DNA from: a virus
Taxonomy: Duplodnaviria; Caudoviricetes
DNA length: 36,637 bases
Strand: one strand, 5' to 3'
IMG/VR virus record: IMGVR_UViG_3300033149_004981
Coordinates: 1 to 36,637 of that record
Shown: one piece after another, positions 16,716 to 25,205 of the stretch
How positions within the stretch are numbered: position 1 is the first letter of the stretch
Layout: each line of letters begins with the position of its first letter
Program-made: the position numbers and the translations under genes
The notes under the pieces: generated by a model
What the model was told of the DNA's origin: nothing
Databases searched by the model: none
The model's input: only the letters and a program-made list of their open reading frames with translations

Positions 16716-16931
16716 ATGATAATAACACTAAACATATCGGCTGAGAACGGCGCATTACTTAAAGATATGATAGAGCATACAGATTGGCAGAGGCCGGACG
16801 GCTTAACGGATGCTGCCGCTCTCAAAAAGTATATTGCTGACAATTTGCGTATGCAAGTAAAAGCAAGGCAAAAAGCTGTGGCACGCAGGGCCGCTTATGA
16901 CAATGTAAATGTGTCGGAACTGATAACATAA
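16716..16931 (+). CDS. Hypothetical protein (fibre-associated)
   Basis: AGGAG RBS; follows the fibre gene. Confidence 0.65.
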   Translation: MIITLNISAENGALLKDMIEHTDWQRPDGLTDAAALKKYIADNLRMQVKARQKAVARRAAYDNVNVSELIT

Positions 16932-16946
16932 GGAAAGGACAAGAAA

Positions 16947-17273
16947 ATGAAAGTGAATGTAAATCAAGTATTGAAAGACCTAAAAGGGGAACCTCTCCTT
17001 GAGGGAGAAGTGGGGAAAGAAGAAAAAATAACGTTGAAAGATGTATGTATCCATGTACTTATTAATGTACATCAAAAGGATGCTAATCTAAAGGCCTCAG
17101 AAAAATTGAAGAGATATAAATTAGCATTATTGATTTCCAAAGGAGGGGAAGTAGAATTAAGCATACAGGATATTGCATATATTCAAGGATTGATTGGTGA
17201 AAGATTGCCTGTAATTTATGTAGGACGAACTGAAGAAATGTTTGAAGGTGTGAAAGAAAAAAATGGCGAATGA
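16947..17273 (+). CDS. Hypothetical protein (fibre chaperone-like)
   Basis: LKDLKGEPL...TLKDVC...KLKRYKLA...VELS pattern common next to phage fibre genes; GAAAGGA RBS. Confidence 0.65.
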   Translation: MKVNVNQVLKDLKGEPLLEGEVGKEEKITLKDVCIHVLINVHQKDANLKASEKLKRYKLALLISKGGEVELSIQDIAYIQGLIGERLPVIYVGRTEEMFEGVKEKNGE

Positions 17274-17898
17274 AGGTGTAATTAAAGTCGTATATCCAAT
17301 ACCAGGATTGGCTACCATTACGGCTAAAATATTGAAACCCGATGATACGGTAAGAGATGGGCAAACTGCGGTGGCCTTGGATGATACAGGTCATGCGAAC
17401 GTATATACTAATGCAGGAGCTATAACTATTGAAGCAGGCGATAATGTTATTCCTTATGTTGATGGTGTCAATTATGGAAGTGGAGAAACTTATCAGCCAG
17501 ATGCTACAGTTGTAAACGTAGATGATTGTAAGGCAGATATTTCCGATATTGAATCTACTATCACCAAATTAGACGATACTTTGGAAGATGATGGTGGAAT
17601 ATATAGGTTTACTGAGAATGCCTTAGAGCAAGCTCCAACAGCGGAGATGGATGCTGCGGAGTTAGAAGCAGCAATGAAAGCTATAACAGGAATTACAGTT
17701 GGAGGGGATTGGACGTGGGAAAAGATTATGAAAATTGTTTCTGCTTGGATAGCGGGGAATTGGAGAGTTAAACCTACTGATTCCACCAAACAAGAATTGA
17801 TGGATGCTGAAGATGGTACTACGGTTATTCTTGAACAATCTCTTACTCGTTCACCAGCAGTGGGAGCAGATTATAGAACTATAGAGGTAAAAATTTAA
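17263..17898 (+). CDS. Putative virion structural protein
   Basis: Acidic 211-aa ORF in the neck module, overlapping both neighbours. Confidence 0.6.
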   Translation: MANEGVIKVVYPIPGLATITAKILKPDDTVRDGQTAVALDDTGHANVYTNAGAITIEAGDNVIPYVDGVNYGSGETYQPDATVVNVDDCKADISDIESTITKLDDTLEDDGGIYRFTENALEQAPTAEMDAAELEAAMKAITGITVGGDWTWEKIMKIVSAWIAGNWRVKPTDSTKQELMDAEDGTTVILEQSLTRSPAVGADYRTIEVKI

Positions 17899-18437
17899 TG
17901 AGTTATGATTTAATAAGCGGGAATATAGTAGCAGCTATTACAGGAGGTGTTTTTTCCTTTGTGAGAGTCCTTTCTGTTAGTGCTTCTCTTTTGACATCCC
18001 CTGCTTATATTTTGGCATCATATATAATAGCAGAAGATATAGGTGCTATGACTGACCCTGCTGATGATGATGATTGGCCTTTATATGTTTCTTCAATGCC
18101 GGATAGTAGAGATATAAAAACCAATTGTGGGGCCATATATGATTCACCTGGATTGAAGAATGGGAGATTGATGGAAGGCCCCGTAATAGAACATTATGGT
18201 ATTCAATTAAAAATACGGAGTGATAATCACGATGATGGTTGGGCCAAAGCCGAAGCCATTGCTGTGGCCTTGGATGGGATTGCTAATGATACAATTACAA
18301 TAGGTATAGTGGAATATCAAATACATAATGTGAAAAGAATGAGCCCTGTTATTTCCTTAGGAATAGAAAAAGGTACTAAGGATAGGCGATTGTTTACAGT
18401 GAATTTTTTAGTAACAATGAAAAGGATAATAGCCTAA
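17898..18437 (+). CDS. Tail terminator-like (minor capsid 3 type) protein, copy 1
   Basis: MPD....CGAIYD.PG..NGRLM.G..I.HYGIQLKIRS and RRLFTVNF; located upstream of the tail tube. Confidence 0.7.
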   Translation: MSYDLISGNIVAAITGGVFSFVRVLSVSASLLTSPAYILASYIIAEDIGAMTDPADDDDWPLYVSSMPDSRDIKTNCGAIYDSPGLKNGRLMEGPVIEHYGIQLKIRSDNHDDGWAKAEAIAVALDGIANDTITIGIVEYQIHNVKRMSPVISLGIEKGTKDRRLFTVNFLVTMKRIIA

Positions 18438-18880
18438 TGCTTTTGACTTCACCGGCTACCATTTTGGCAACATATATAATAGAACAGGCATTAATGTCTA
18501 ATCCTGTTGAGGAAGCAGATTGGCCTTTATATATTTCTTATATGCCTGATAGTAGTGATGTTAAAACCAATTGTGGGGCTATATATGATGTACCTGGATT
18601 AAAAAACGGAAGATTAATGTCCGGTATCGTCATACAGCATTATGGAGTTCAATTAAAACTTCGGAGTGATGATTATATTACTGGTTGGGCCAAAATGGAA
18701 TCTATAGTAACCAATTTGGATACGATACATAATGTTGAAGTGGAAATAACAAGTGGAGAAAATTATCAAATAAGTAATGTAACAAGAGTGGAACCGATTG
18801 CTCCTTTGGGAGTTGAAAAAGGAACCAAAGGTAGGCGATTATTTGTAAATGATTTTTTGGTGACAGTAAAGGAAATATGA
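18437..18880 (+). CDS. Tail terminator-like protein, copy 2 (tandem paralogue)
   Basis: Aligns end to end with copy 1 from LLTSPA onward. Confidence 0.7.
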   Translation: MLLTSPATILATYIIEQALMSNPVEEADWPLYISYMPDSSDVKTNCGAIYDVPGLKNGRLMSGIVIQHYGVQLKLRSDDYITGWAKMESIVTNLDTIHNVEVEITSGENYQISNVTRVEPIAPLGVEKGTKGRRLFVNDFLVTVKEI

Positions 18881-18902
18881 AATTAATTGAAAGGATAGTA
18901 AA

Positions 18903-19337
18903 ATGAGTGAGAGAATAGATGATGGTCATCCAACAACTATTGAATTCTCTGAAGGTAGTAGCGGAGTAACCTTTTTATTCTATGAAAAAGAGGTTACTCC
19001 ACCTGGTGTTTCCGCTGGTGGCGAGAATGACACCACCACTATGAGGAATAGCGTTTGGAGAACAAAGGCTCCTAAAAGTTTAAAAACCTTATTGCCAGGC
19101 TCCTTTGTTGGGGCGTATGACCCTGAAGTATTGGATGAGATTATTGCAATGGTAGGTAACAATCAATCCATAGTAATTACCTTCCCGGATAATTCTACTT
19201 GGACCTTCTGGGGATGGATTGATGAGTTTGTTCCCAATGCTATTGTAGAAGGTGAACAACCAACGGCTAACATTAGTATTATACCTTCTAATCAGAACGC
19301 TTCCGGTGTAGAAACAGCTCCAGTATATTCAGATTAA
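18903..19337 (+). CDS. Major tail (tube) protein
   Basis: 144 aa, VTPPGVSAG..NDTTT and ITFPDNSTWTFWG; directly before the chaperones and TMP; no sheath gene. Confidence 0.8.
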   Translation: MSERIDDGHPTTIEFSEGSSGVTFLFYEKEVTPPGVSAGGENDTTTMRNSVWRTKAPKSLKTLLPGSFVGAYDPEVLDEIIAMVGNNQSIVITFPDNSTWTFWGWIDEFVPNAIVEGEQPTANISIIPSNQNASGVETAPVYSD

Positions 19338-19473
19338 GAGAACGTAGAGAAATGCGATTAAAGGCGTTGTTTTTAGGACTTGGTACAATTATGTGGGTTT
19401 GGGCGAGAAAACGTAAGAGAGCTAACGTCCGGCCCTAAAATCGGGTGTTATATCGTTTTGGAAAGGGCAAAAA

Positions 19474-19872
19474 ATGGGTGAATTAAGGTTTAGTACGGTG
19501 CTGAAGGAAATTCCTGTGTTCCTTACGGGGAAAGACGGCATTGAAAAGAAATTCTCATTAAGGGAATTGACCGGGGCACAACGGGCCATCTACAACGAGA
19601 GTTTTGATATTAAGATAGAGATGGATGCCAATGGTAAGGCCAAAGCTGTTGCTGGTGAAGGATTTAAATCTTTCTCAGCGAAACAATTTTTGGCGATGTG
19701 TCTTTACGATGAGAACGGTAAACCGGTTCCTGAGGAAATCATTGATAATTATCCTGCCACTATGCTCGGTCAGTTACATACGGCAGCATTGAAACTTAGT
19801 GGTCTGGATAAGGAAGCTCTTGAAGCAGCAAAAAACGAATTAGAGGGGAGCGATCCCAGTGGTACCGGATAG
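19474..19872 (+). CDS. Tail assembly chaperone (gpG-like)
   Basis: LRELTGAQR, LCL/MCL-YDENGK type motif, ends at AAKN with slippery A AAA AAC (19830-19836). Confidence 0.85.
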   Translation: MGELRFSTVLKEIPVFLTGKDGIEKKFSLRELTGAQRAIYNESFDIKIEMDANGKAKAVAGEGFKSFSAKQFLAMCLYDENGKPVPEEIIDNYPATMLGQLHTAALKLSGLDKEALEAAKNELEGSDPSGTG

Positions 19873-20180
19873 CTTCCCATCTTGGGATGTCTGTATCAAG
19901 GGCTCAGTATGAGATTTCTTCTACAGAGTTTTTAGAATGGATTACTTATTTAGATGAGGATGCTAATAGGTTTCATCGAGAGGATTATTACCTTGCTCAG
20001 ATTGCTGCTGAGATTAGAAGGTCCTTTGTTAAGGAGCCTATAAAAGTAAAAATAGAATCCTTTCTAATGAAATTCAAAAGAAAAGAAAAAGCAAAAAAAT
20101 TGAGTAAGGAAGAAAGAACAAAACGAGCCAAAGCATTTTGGGGAGTTATATTGAAGCATCCTAAAAAGAGGAAGAAATAA
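19830..20180 (+). CDS. gpT-like segment reached by -1 frameshift (gpGT)
   Basis: The -1 frame is open from the slippery site: RIRGERSQWYRIASHLGMSVSRAQYEISSTEFLEW... Confidence 0.85.
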   Translation, partial: KKRIRGERSQWYRIASHLGMSVSRAQYEISSTEFLEWITYLDEDANRFHREDYYLAQIAAEIRRSFVKEPIKVKIESFLMKFKRKEKAKKLSKEERTKRAKAFWGVILKHPKKRKK

Positions 20181-20181
20181 A

Positions 20182-22797
20182 ATGGCTGCAACATTAGATT
20201 TGGGGAATCTTTTAGTTCATTTGATGGCAGATTCCTCTCAATATAAAAAGATAATAAGGGATGCTGAGAGGCAGATGCAAAAGACTGCCGATAAGATGAC
20301 CCAAATAGGCAGACAAATGTCTATGAGGGTTACTCTCCCTATAGCAGCTGTGGGGGCCGCATCTGTAAAAGCCTTTGCATCTTTTGATGATGCTATGACA
20401 AAATCTTTAGCCATTATGTCTGGTATCACTCCTCAATTAAGACAAGAGATGGAAAGTTTGGCTTTGGAGATTTCTGTTAATGGGGTTACTTCTGCTAAAG
20501 ATTTGGCAAAAAGTTATTTTTACCTTGCATCTGCTGGACTTGATGCGGAACAATCTATGGCCTCTTTAGGAGCTGTAGAAAAGTTTGCTGTGGCAGGTGC
20601 TTTTGATATGGCTACAGCAACAGATTTGGCTACAGATGCTCAAAGTGCTTTGGGTTTAACGGTTAAAAATGCTCAACAAAACCTAATAAATATGACGAGA
20701 GTAACTGATGTTTTAACGGGTGCTAATACTCTTGCCAATGCCACCACCCAACAATTTTCTTTGGCTTTAACTTCTCAAGCAGGTCCAGCAATGAAAGCCT
20801 ATGGCATACAATTAGAAGAAGGGGTTGCGGTGTTGGCTGCTTATGCCGACCAAGGTATTAAAGCTCAAAATGCGGGGAATATGTTTAGTAGAATGTTGCG
20901 ATTGATGACCAAAGGGTTTATAGATAATAGAGCTGAATGGGAACGTTTTAATATAAATATATTTGATGCTGTAGGAAATTTAAAACCCCTTCATATGATT
21001 ATAGGGGATTTGACAAGGGCAATGGCCAATATGTCCACTGAGCAAAAAATAATTACTCTCCAAATGTTAGGATTCCAGGCCCGTTCCCAGCAAGCAATAC
21101 TTCCTTTGTTAGGACTTCAAAATAGGATAAAAGGGTATAATGAAGCCCTTTTGAAAATGGGAGGGATTACTAAAAGGATTGCAGAAGAACAAATGAAATC
21201 TTTTTCTTCTCAAATGAAAATACTTAAAAATCATATAGTGGCTGCTGGTATTGGAATTGGGGATATGCTGGCCCCAAGTATCCTTCGATTGAATGAACAT
21301 GTTAAAAATGCCATTGATTATTGGAATCTATTGGAAACCAGCATCAAACGAAATATACTTATGTTTGCTGGTATAGCTGCAGCTATAGGTCCCATTTTGT
21401 TGTTAACTGGTTTACTTATTAAATCTTTGTTGTTTATGATTTCTACTGTGAAAATTCTTACAGCTTCCTTTGTAGGCTTATCAACAACAATGTTCGGTCC
21501 AGTTGGAATAGCTTTATTATTAGTGGGTATAGCTTATACTTTACGGGCCGCTTGGATTCAAAATTTAGAAATTATTAAAAACAGGACGCAGGAGTGGTTT
21601 GATGCTTTTAAGGAAGGTTTCAATTGGTTGGGTGGTACTATGTTGGCGGATATGTTGGTCTATTGGGTAGAATCCTTCCAAACGACTTTTAGTTATATAA
21701 AAAATAACTTTGGTGAATTTTTGACTGATATAGCTGGTATGTGGTATGGTACTATAGCTTGGTTGAAAAAAATGAAAGAGGGGGTTGTGCAAGCTTGGGA
21801 TGCTCCTACCTTCAATCAAATGATAAATGAATTTAAAAGGGGTTTTGAAGAAGCGGGAAACGCTTGGGCCTTTTCCTTTTTAGGAGGTTCGGAAAGAGCA
21901 GAGAAAGCTTTGGAAGATTTTAAAGCTTCCCTTAAACAAGGAGTTGAAACTACAGGAATATATCTTAAAGCTTTTGGAATAGCGACAGTAGACCACCTTC
22001 AAGAATTAATGGATGCGGTCAAGGCTCAATTCGGGGCGGATGCAGATGCTTTAATAGAATTAATCAAAAGTAAGATGTTAAAATTAAAAATTCCTTTAGG
22101 TATAACTCCTGAAGATGTAGCTGAAGTAGAAGGGGAATTGAATAAACTTATAAACCAATTTAAGAAACTTAATGAAGAGGTGAAAGACCCCACCCCTCTT
22201 GAGCAATGGATGGGAAATGCTTTGGATGTAACTAACAGGATATCAGAGGCTTTTGCAAATGCCTTCCAAAGAATGGGGAACGAATTAGCTACCTTTTTGA
22301 TAGAAGGGCAAGCTAATTTTAGGGAATTTGCCAGAGCTGTATTGAAAGATTTATTGGCAATAATAATAAGAGCCCAAATGGTAAGGGCATTAACATCTTT
22401 CTTTCCTGGTTTGATACCAACTCCTGCTCCTACTCCTCAGCCAGTTTATAATGTACCTTCACCAGTGGGTCATATGGGGGGCATTGTGGGACAAATGACT
22501 GCTCATCGTATGGTTCCAGCAACAACTTTTATTGGGGCTCCTCGATTACATACTGGTTTGGCTGCTGATGAATTCCCAACCATTCTTCAAAGAGGGGAGA
22601 CTGTTATTCCGAAGGGAAGGGGTTTGGTGCCTCCTACTGTTATTATAAATAACAATACAGGACAACCTATGAGACAAGAAGGCACCCCTCAGTTTAATGG
22701 TAGGGAGTGGGTAGTTGGAATAGTAACTGAAGAAATAAATCAATACGGTTCATTAAGACATAGCATACAAGCAATAGGACAGGGACAAAATGGCTGA
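20182..22797 (+). CDS. Tape measure protein (TP901-type core)
   Basis: 871 aa, Ala-rich and helical; FASFDDAM, YYLASAG-like FYLASAG, LADQGIK-like YADQGIKA; central hydrophobic segments; C-terminal H.GG...ILQRGE.V. Confidence 0.93.
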   Translation: MAATLDLGNLLVHLMADSSQYKKIIRDAERQMQKTADKMTQIGRQMSMRVTLPIAAVGAASVKAFASFDDAMTKSLAIMSGITPQLRQEMESLALEISVNGVTSAKDLAKSYFYLASAGLDAEQSMASLGAVEKFAVAGAFDMATATDLATDAQSALGLTVKNAQQNLINMTRVTDVLTGANTLANATTQQFSLALTSQAGPAMKAYGIQLEEGVAVLAAYADQGIKAQNAGNMFSRMLRLMTKGFIDNRAEWERFNINIFDAVGNLKPLHMIIGDLTRAMANMSTEQKIITLQMLGFQARSQQAILPLLGLQNRIKGYNEALLKMGGITKRIAEEQMKSFSSQMKILKNHIVAAGIGIGDMLAPSILRLNEHVKNAIDYWNLLETSIKRNILMFAGIAAAIGPILLLTGLLIKSLLFMISTVKILTASFVGLSTTMFGPVGIALLLVGIAYTLRAAWIQNLEIIKNRTQEWFDAFKEGFNWLGGTMLADMLVYWVESFQTTFSYIKNNFGEFLTDIAGMWYGTIAWLKKMKEGVVQAWDAPTFNQMINEFKRGFEEAGNAWAFSFLGGSERAEKALEDFKASLKQGVETTGIYLKAFGIATVDHLQELMDAVKAQFGADADALIELIKSKMLKLKIPLGITPEDVAEVEGELNKLINQFKKLNEEVKDPTPLEQWMGNALDVTNRISEAFANAFQRMGNELATFLIEGQANFREFARAVLKDLLAIIIRAQMVRALTSFFPGLIPTPAPTPQPVYNVPSPVGHMGGIVGQMTAHRMVPATTFIGAPRLHTGLAADEFPTILQRGETVIPKGRGLVPPTVIINNNTGQPMRQEGTPQFNGREWVVGIVTEEINQYGSLRHSIQAIGQGQNG

Positions 22798-23143
22798 TTT
22801 TCCTACATTATCAAGAGGGGTTAGTCTTCAGCATTTTACAGAAGGATTAGCGTATAATCCTTCTATTCAATCTCAAGCTGAAGATGGTAAGATAATAAGT
22901 AGAGGACGATTTACTGGGGAAAAGAAACAATGGGAAATTGGATATAATCTTCTTACGGAATCTGATAAAACTTTATTAGAAACTCTTCAAACCACTGTGA
23001 ATGTTAGCGGGGACGTGTTTAATTGGGCCCATCCTAAAACATCTACTGTTTATTCTGTCAGATTAAAGAACCCAATAAGATTTAGTATAGAACCTGAAGA
23101 GCACACTACTTGGGCAGCCATATTTACTATAATAGAGGATTAA
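22790..23143 (+). CDS. Distal tail protein (lambda gpM-like)
   Basis: 117 aa after the TMP, with an FNWAHP motif. Confidence 0.7.
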   Translation: MADFPTLSRGVSLQHFTEGLAYNPSIQSQAEDGKIISRGRFTGEKKQWEIGYNLLTESDKTLLETLQTTVNVSGDVFNWAHPKTSTVYSVRLKNPIRFSIEPEEHTTWAAIFTIIED

Positions 23144-23236
23144 AAGGAGTTATAATAAAAGGAAAAGGTAATTCGATAAGATACAGATTACAAACTTATC
23201 AAAAATTACATAGGCATTTAGAGGCAAAAAAGAATT

Positions 23237-24775
23237 ATGCGAGAACTTCCTGCTAACATTATATTAGAAAAAAATAAAACAGCATCTCCTAATGCGTGGT
23301 TGATATTGTTGGAGATAACACTTACGGATGAGGCTGCTACCGTTTTACGTTTTGTAAGGAATGATGAAGATATATTATTTACGACTGATAATTATAACAG
23401 TGTTGGTTGTATAGCTCATTGGAAATTAAACGATAATGAAGCAGATAAAATAGTTGTAGACGCCTCTGGGAATAATCACATTGGGGAAGCATCTGCTAAT
23501 ACGAACATTTTTAGTGAAATAGGAAAGATAAATAGATGTTTCAATATGGCGGCAGATTCGGGGGGTTTTGTAACCATACCTAATCATGCTGATTTTAATA
23601 TAGGTTCAGGAGCTATGACTTTTTGTGCTTGGGTTAAAGCGGAAGCACAATCTGCTTTCCCAAGGATATTTGAGAAAAGAGATGCCACTGATTTAGGATT
23701 TTTTATAGTAGCAGATAGTAATAATCGTTGCCGTGTGAGGGTTGGAAATGGTTCTAATTTTGTAGTAGAAAGTGGCAACATTACCATTTTAGATGGGACT
23801 TGGCATTTTGTGGTGGTTGTTATAGATAAAAAGAATGATGAAGTAAAAATTTATGTGGACTCCGTTTTAGATAAGACAATTGATATATCCAGTGTTACTG
23901 GTTTGATAGATAATACAAATGAAGATTTATATTTGGGGGCAAGTTATGAGAAGTTGTCTAAGTTTACTGGTAAACTTGATAATATGATAATATTTAATAA
24001 GGAACTTCTGATAGATAAAATAATTTCTTATTATAATTTGGGCAACGGTACAGAGTCTATCCTTGCTTCATATACCGCCTTTCCTTTTGAAATTGAACCA
24101 ACCAAAAATATGAGCAAAGGTCAAATCCCCACCGTAACTTTACGGGTAAGTAATATCACAAATCTATTAGAACCTTATCTTGAAAGCCTTGATGGAGCTA
24201 TTGGTTCAACGGTTAAAATTATCGTAGTGAATTCCGATAGGTTGGAGGAAAATTATAGCGAATTAGAATTGACTTATGAAGTTTTGGCTTGTAATAGTAC
24301 TGCTGAATGGGTAACTTTTACCTTGGGAGCCCCAAATCCGTTGAGACAAAGATTTCCACTACATAAATATTTAGCCTTACATTGTAGTTTTCGATATAAC
24401 GATATTGAAGACCAAATGGGTCCAAGATGTCAATATGTTGGTAAAACTATAACTAACATCACAAAAGCAGCTAATGCCAAAATTAGCGTAACCAATCACG
24501 GTTTTGCCGTTGATGATGTTATTAAATTTGCTGATGTATTAGGGATGACAGAGATAAATGGTAAAAGCGGTGTGATATTAAATGCTAATCCTGATGCAGA
24601 TGGAAATGCTTTTACTGTAGATATAGATAGCGAAGCATTTTCAGATTATATTTCAGGAGGAAAATGTGGGTATGCTACTTGTAAAAAAACCTTGGCTGAA
24701 TGTAGGATAAGGAGTAATTCTGCCAATTTTGGAGGGTTCCCAGGCATCAGGTCTGGGTCGGTGAGGATAGCATGA
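23237..24775 (+). CDS. Lambda gpL-like tail tip protein with LamG and FCCH-like insertions
   Basis: LRFVRN...YTAFPFE split by a LamG domain (AHWKLND, DGTWHFVV, IYVD, FTGKLDN). C-terminal C..RY...C.Y...C.KT..EC..R....FGGFPG. Confidence 0.8.
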   Translation: MRELPANIILEKNKTASPNAWLILLEITLTDEAATVLRFVRNDEDILFTTDNYNSVGCIAHWKLNDNEADKIVVDASGNNHIGEASANTNIFSEIGKINRCFNMAADSGGFVTIPNHADFNIGSGAMTFCAWVKAEAQSAFPRIFEKRDATDLGFFIVADSNNRCRVRVGNGSNFVVESGNITILDGTWHFVVVVIDKKNDEVKIYVDSVLDKTIDISSVTGLIDNTNEDLYLGASYEKLSKFTGKLDNMIIFNKELLIDKIISYYNLGNGTESILASYTAFPFEIEPTKNMSKGQIPTVTLRVSNITNLLEPYLESLDGAIGSTVKIIVVNSDRLEENYSELELTYEVLACNSTAEWVTFTLGAPNPLRQRFPLHKYLALHCSFRYNDIEDQMGPRCQYVGKTITNITKAANAKISVTNHGFAVDDVIKFADVLGMTEINGKSGVILNANPDADGNAFTVDIDSEAFSDYISGGKCGYATCKKTLAECRIRSNSANFGGFPGIRSGSVRIA

Positions 24776-24776
24776 G

Positions 24777-25205
24777 ATGATAAATATAGATGATTTAATA
24801 GGCAAACCCTTTAAAGAAGGAGGTAATGGTAAGGAAGGTTATGATTGTTATACCCTATCAAGAGAGGTTTGTAAAAGGGGTGGGATTAATCTACCAAGCA
24901 AACAAACACAAATGTTAGCAACGGTAGAAAATATAAAAAATAGAAGTGAAGCAATAAGTATAGGTAAGAAAGAAGATTATATTAGACTTAAAAATCCGGA
25001 ACCATTTTGTATAGTTACTTTTAGTTTGAGACCTCCTTTTGTAAACCATATGGGTGTTATGGTAGATAGATATCATTTTATTCATATTATGAAAAAAAGA
25101 TTAGCGACAATTGAAAAAATAAATCATAAGTTTTGGAAAAGTAAGGTAGAAGGATTTTATCGCTATGCAGACAATGCGGATGATAATAATACAAAATCCC
25201 TTTGA
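24777..25205 (+). CDS. NlpC/P60 tail tip protein (gpK C-terminal-like)
   Basis: LIGKPF..GG....GYDCY and HMGV....FIH catalytic pattern. Confidence 0.88.
   Translation: MINIDDLIGKPFKEGGNGKEGYDCYTLSREVCKRGGINLPSKQTQMLATVENIKNRSEAISIGKKEDYIRLKNPEPFCIVTFSLRPPFVNHMGVMVDRYHFIHIMKKRLATIEKINHKFWKSKVEGFYRYADNADDNNTKSL

Noticed and set aside
23144-23257. AAGGAG followed by an ATA-started frame of about 34 codons
   Set aside because: No canonical start and no recognisable product. It may be a remnant but cannot be supported.
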